DNA from: a virus
Taxonomy: Duplodnaviria > Caudoviricetes
Reading direction: 5' to 3' (one strand)
Length of the DNA: 64,000 nt
Virus record (IMG/VR): IMGVR_UViG_2882837327_000001
Coordinates: 1 to 64,000 of that record
Part shown: one piece after another, positions 63,130 through 64,000 of the stretch
Numbering within the stretch: the stretch's first letter is position 1
How the letters are laid out: each line of letters opens with the position of its first letter
Program-made: the position numbers and the translations under genes
The notes under the pieces: generated by a model
Told to the model about the DNA's origin: nothing
Seen by the model: only the letters and a program-made list of their open reading frames with translations
Databases searched by the model: none

Positions 63130-64000
63130 GGCTGGCCGTCCCGGCCACAGTCGGGATGGCGATGTGCTCCACCCCGTCCAGCAGCCTGCCGGCGCGCTTC
63201 TTCCCGATGGGGTGAACCGCCGCGGCGGTGGGGGAATAGGCGCCCTGGCCGCCGTCCAGCCGGATCCAATCGCGGCGCCATAGGTTGATCTGGCCAATCT
63301 CCCCGCCGGTCGGTTGGCCCTCCGGAAGCCAGTCACCCCATTGCTTGAACATGAAGGGCACACCGGCCTGGCTGCACTGGTCCCGGACCTCGCGCGCCCA
63401 GGCGGGGTGCATTGGCCGGGCGCCAGGGCCGCTCTCACCGCCGACAATGAGCCAATCCGGCGCCCCTTTGTCCTGAAAGCGAAGGTCTCCGAGTGGGCCA
63501 AGGGCCGGCTCGTAGCTCAGGAACCTCAGCGGGGCCGGCACTACGCTAAGGTGCCGCCAACGCTTCAGATAGTACTCCTCATCTTCCGCCGTGGTGCCGA
63601 GCCAGACGTTCGGCCAACCGGCCTCGCCCCACTCCGGAGGCAGCATTTTTCTGACATTCTGCGGTCGCTTGGTCAGCAGAAACCACGTCAGCGCTGGGGT
63701 TTCACGGATGAGCCGCCACAGGTCCGCGCGCCAGGCCGGGTCCGCCTGGTTGTCGAACACATCAGCAAGGGAAGCGCAGAACACGCGACGTGGCGCGCCA
63801 GCAGCGGCCGCCTCGCGGTTCCAGCGGCGCGGGAGGTTCCAGTTCTGCACGCTGGTGCGGCGCAACGTGCCGCTCCACAAGCCGGCCTCGCCGGCTCGCT
63901 TCGCCCAGCCCTCTGCATAGCAGTTGTCGCAGGCGGGCGAGATCTTCGTGCATCCTACCCACGGGTTGAAGGTGCTGTCCGCCCATTCGATGCCAGTCGC
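63122..64000 (-). CDS. DUF5131 (Gp37/Gp68) family protein, 5' partial
   Basis: IEWADSTFNPWVGCTKISPACDNCYA, VFCASLADVF, LLTKRP, VGGESGPGARPM. Confidence 0.93.
   Translation of the reverse strand, partial: ATGIEWADSTFNPWVGCTKISPACDNCYAEGWAKRAGEAGLWSGTLRRTSVQNWNLPRRWNREAAAAGAPRRVFCASLADVFDNQADPAWRADLWRLIRETPALTWFLLTKRPQNVRKMLPPEWGEAGWPNVWLGTTAEDEEYYLKRWRHLSVVPAPLRFLSYEPALGPLGDLRFQDKGAPDWLIVGGESGPGARPMHPAWAREVRDQCSQAGVPFMFKQWGDWLPEGQPTGGEIGQINLWRRDWIRLDGGQGAYSPTAAAVHPIGKKRAGRLLDGVEHIAIPTVAGTASHE

Larger units (their letters stand above)
941..64000. mobile_element. Temperate myovirus-like prophage (extends beyond window end)
   Basis: Integrase, CI/Cro switch, replication, sheath/tube/baseplate and capsid modules in phage-like order. 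Confidence 0.95.

Noticed and set aside
63122-64000. DUF5131 as part of a DNA-modification system with a three-Cys partner gene
   Set aside because: No partner gene recognisable in the window; the upstream context is beyond the window edge

Overview
GC-rich (roughly 70% by eye) alphaproteobacterial-type DNA, almost entirely one temperate myovirus-like prophage that starts next to a tRNA-Ser(TGA) gene (851-940, minus) and continues past base 64000. Left of the tRNA is the end of a second element: a large serine recombinase interrupted by an IS3-family insertion. Prophage order: tyrosine integrase/excisionase; a long leftward early operon (N4/N6 DNA methyltransferase, MmcB-like nuclease, DUF1643, four ASCH-like genes, J-domain protein, GcrA-like and GapR-like proteins); CI/Cro switch; rightward replication arm (RusA-like, initiator with iterons); a structured intergenic region with a small hydrophobic peptide ORF; then a minus-strand contractile-tail and head module (two receptor-binding proteins, baseplate, tape measure with a glucosaminidase-like domain, tube, sheath, neck, capsid, scaffold, protease). 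After that come an Acb1-like 2H phosphoesterase, a beta-helix protein, a 1788-aa LPD3-like/SNF2 polyvalent protein, an FkbM methyltransferase moron and DUF5131. The strongest feature the ORF track does not show is a 10-copy motif, GCGTCGTGAC-N2-nAnnnT, seen only in the late region and sitting exactly 14 nt before an ATG in 5 of 10 cases. I read it as an activator-dependent, often leaderless late promoter that also drives the putative anti-defence cargo genes. I recognised no portal, terminase or endolysin in the window. All family assignments come from motif recognition by eye, not database searches.
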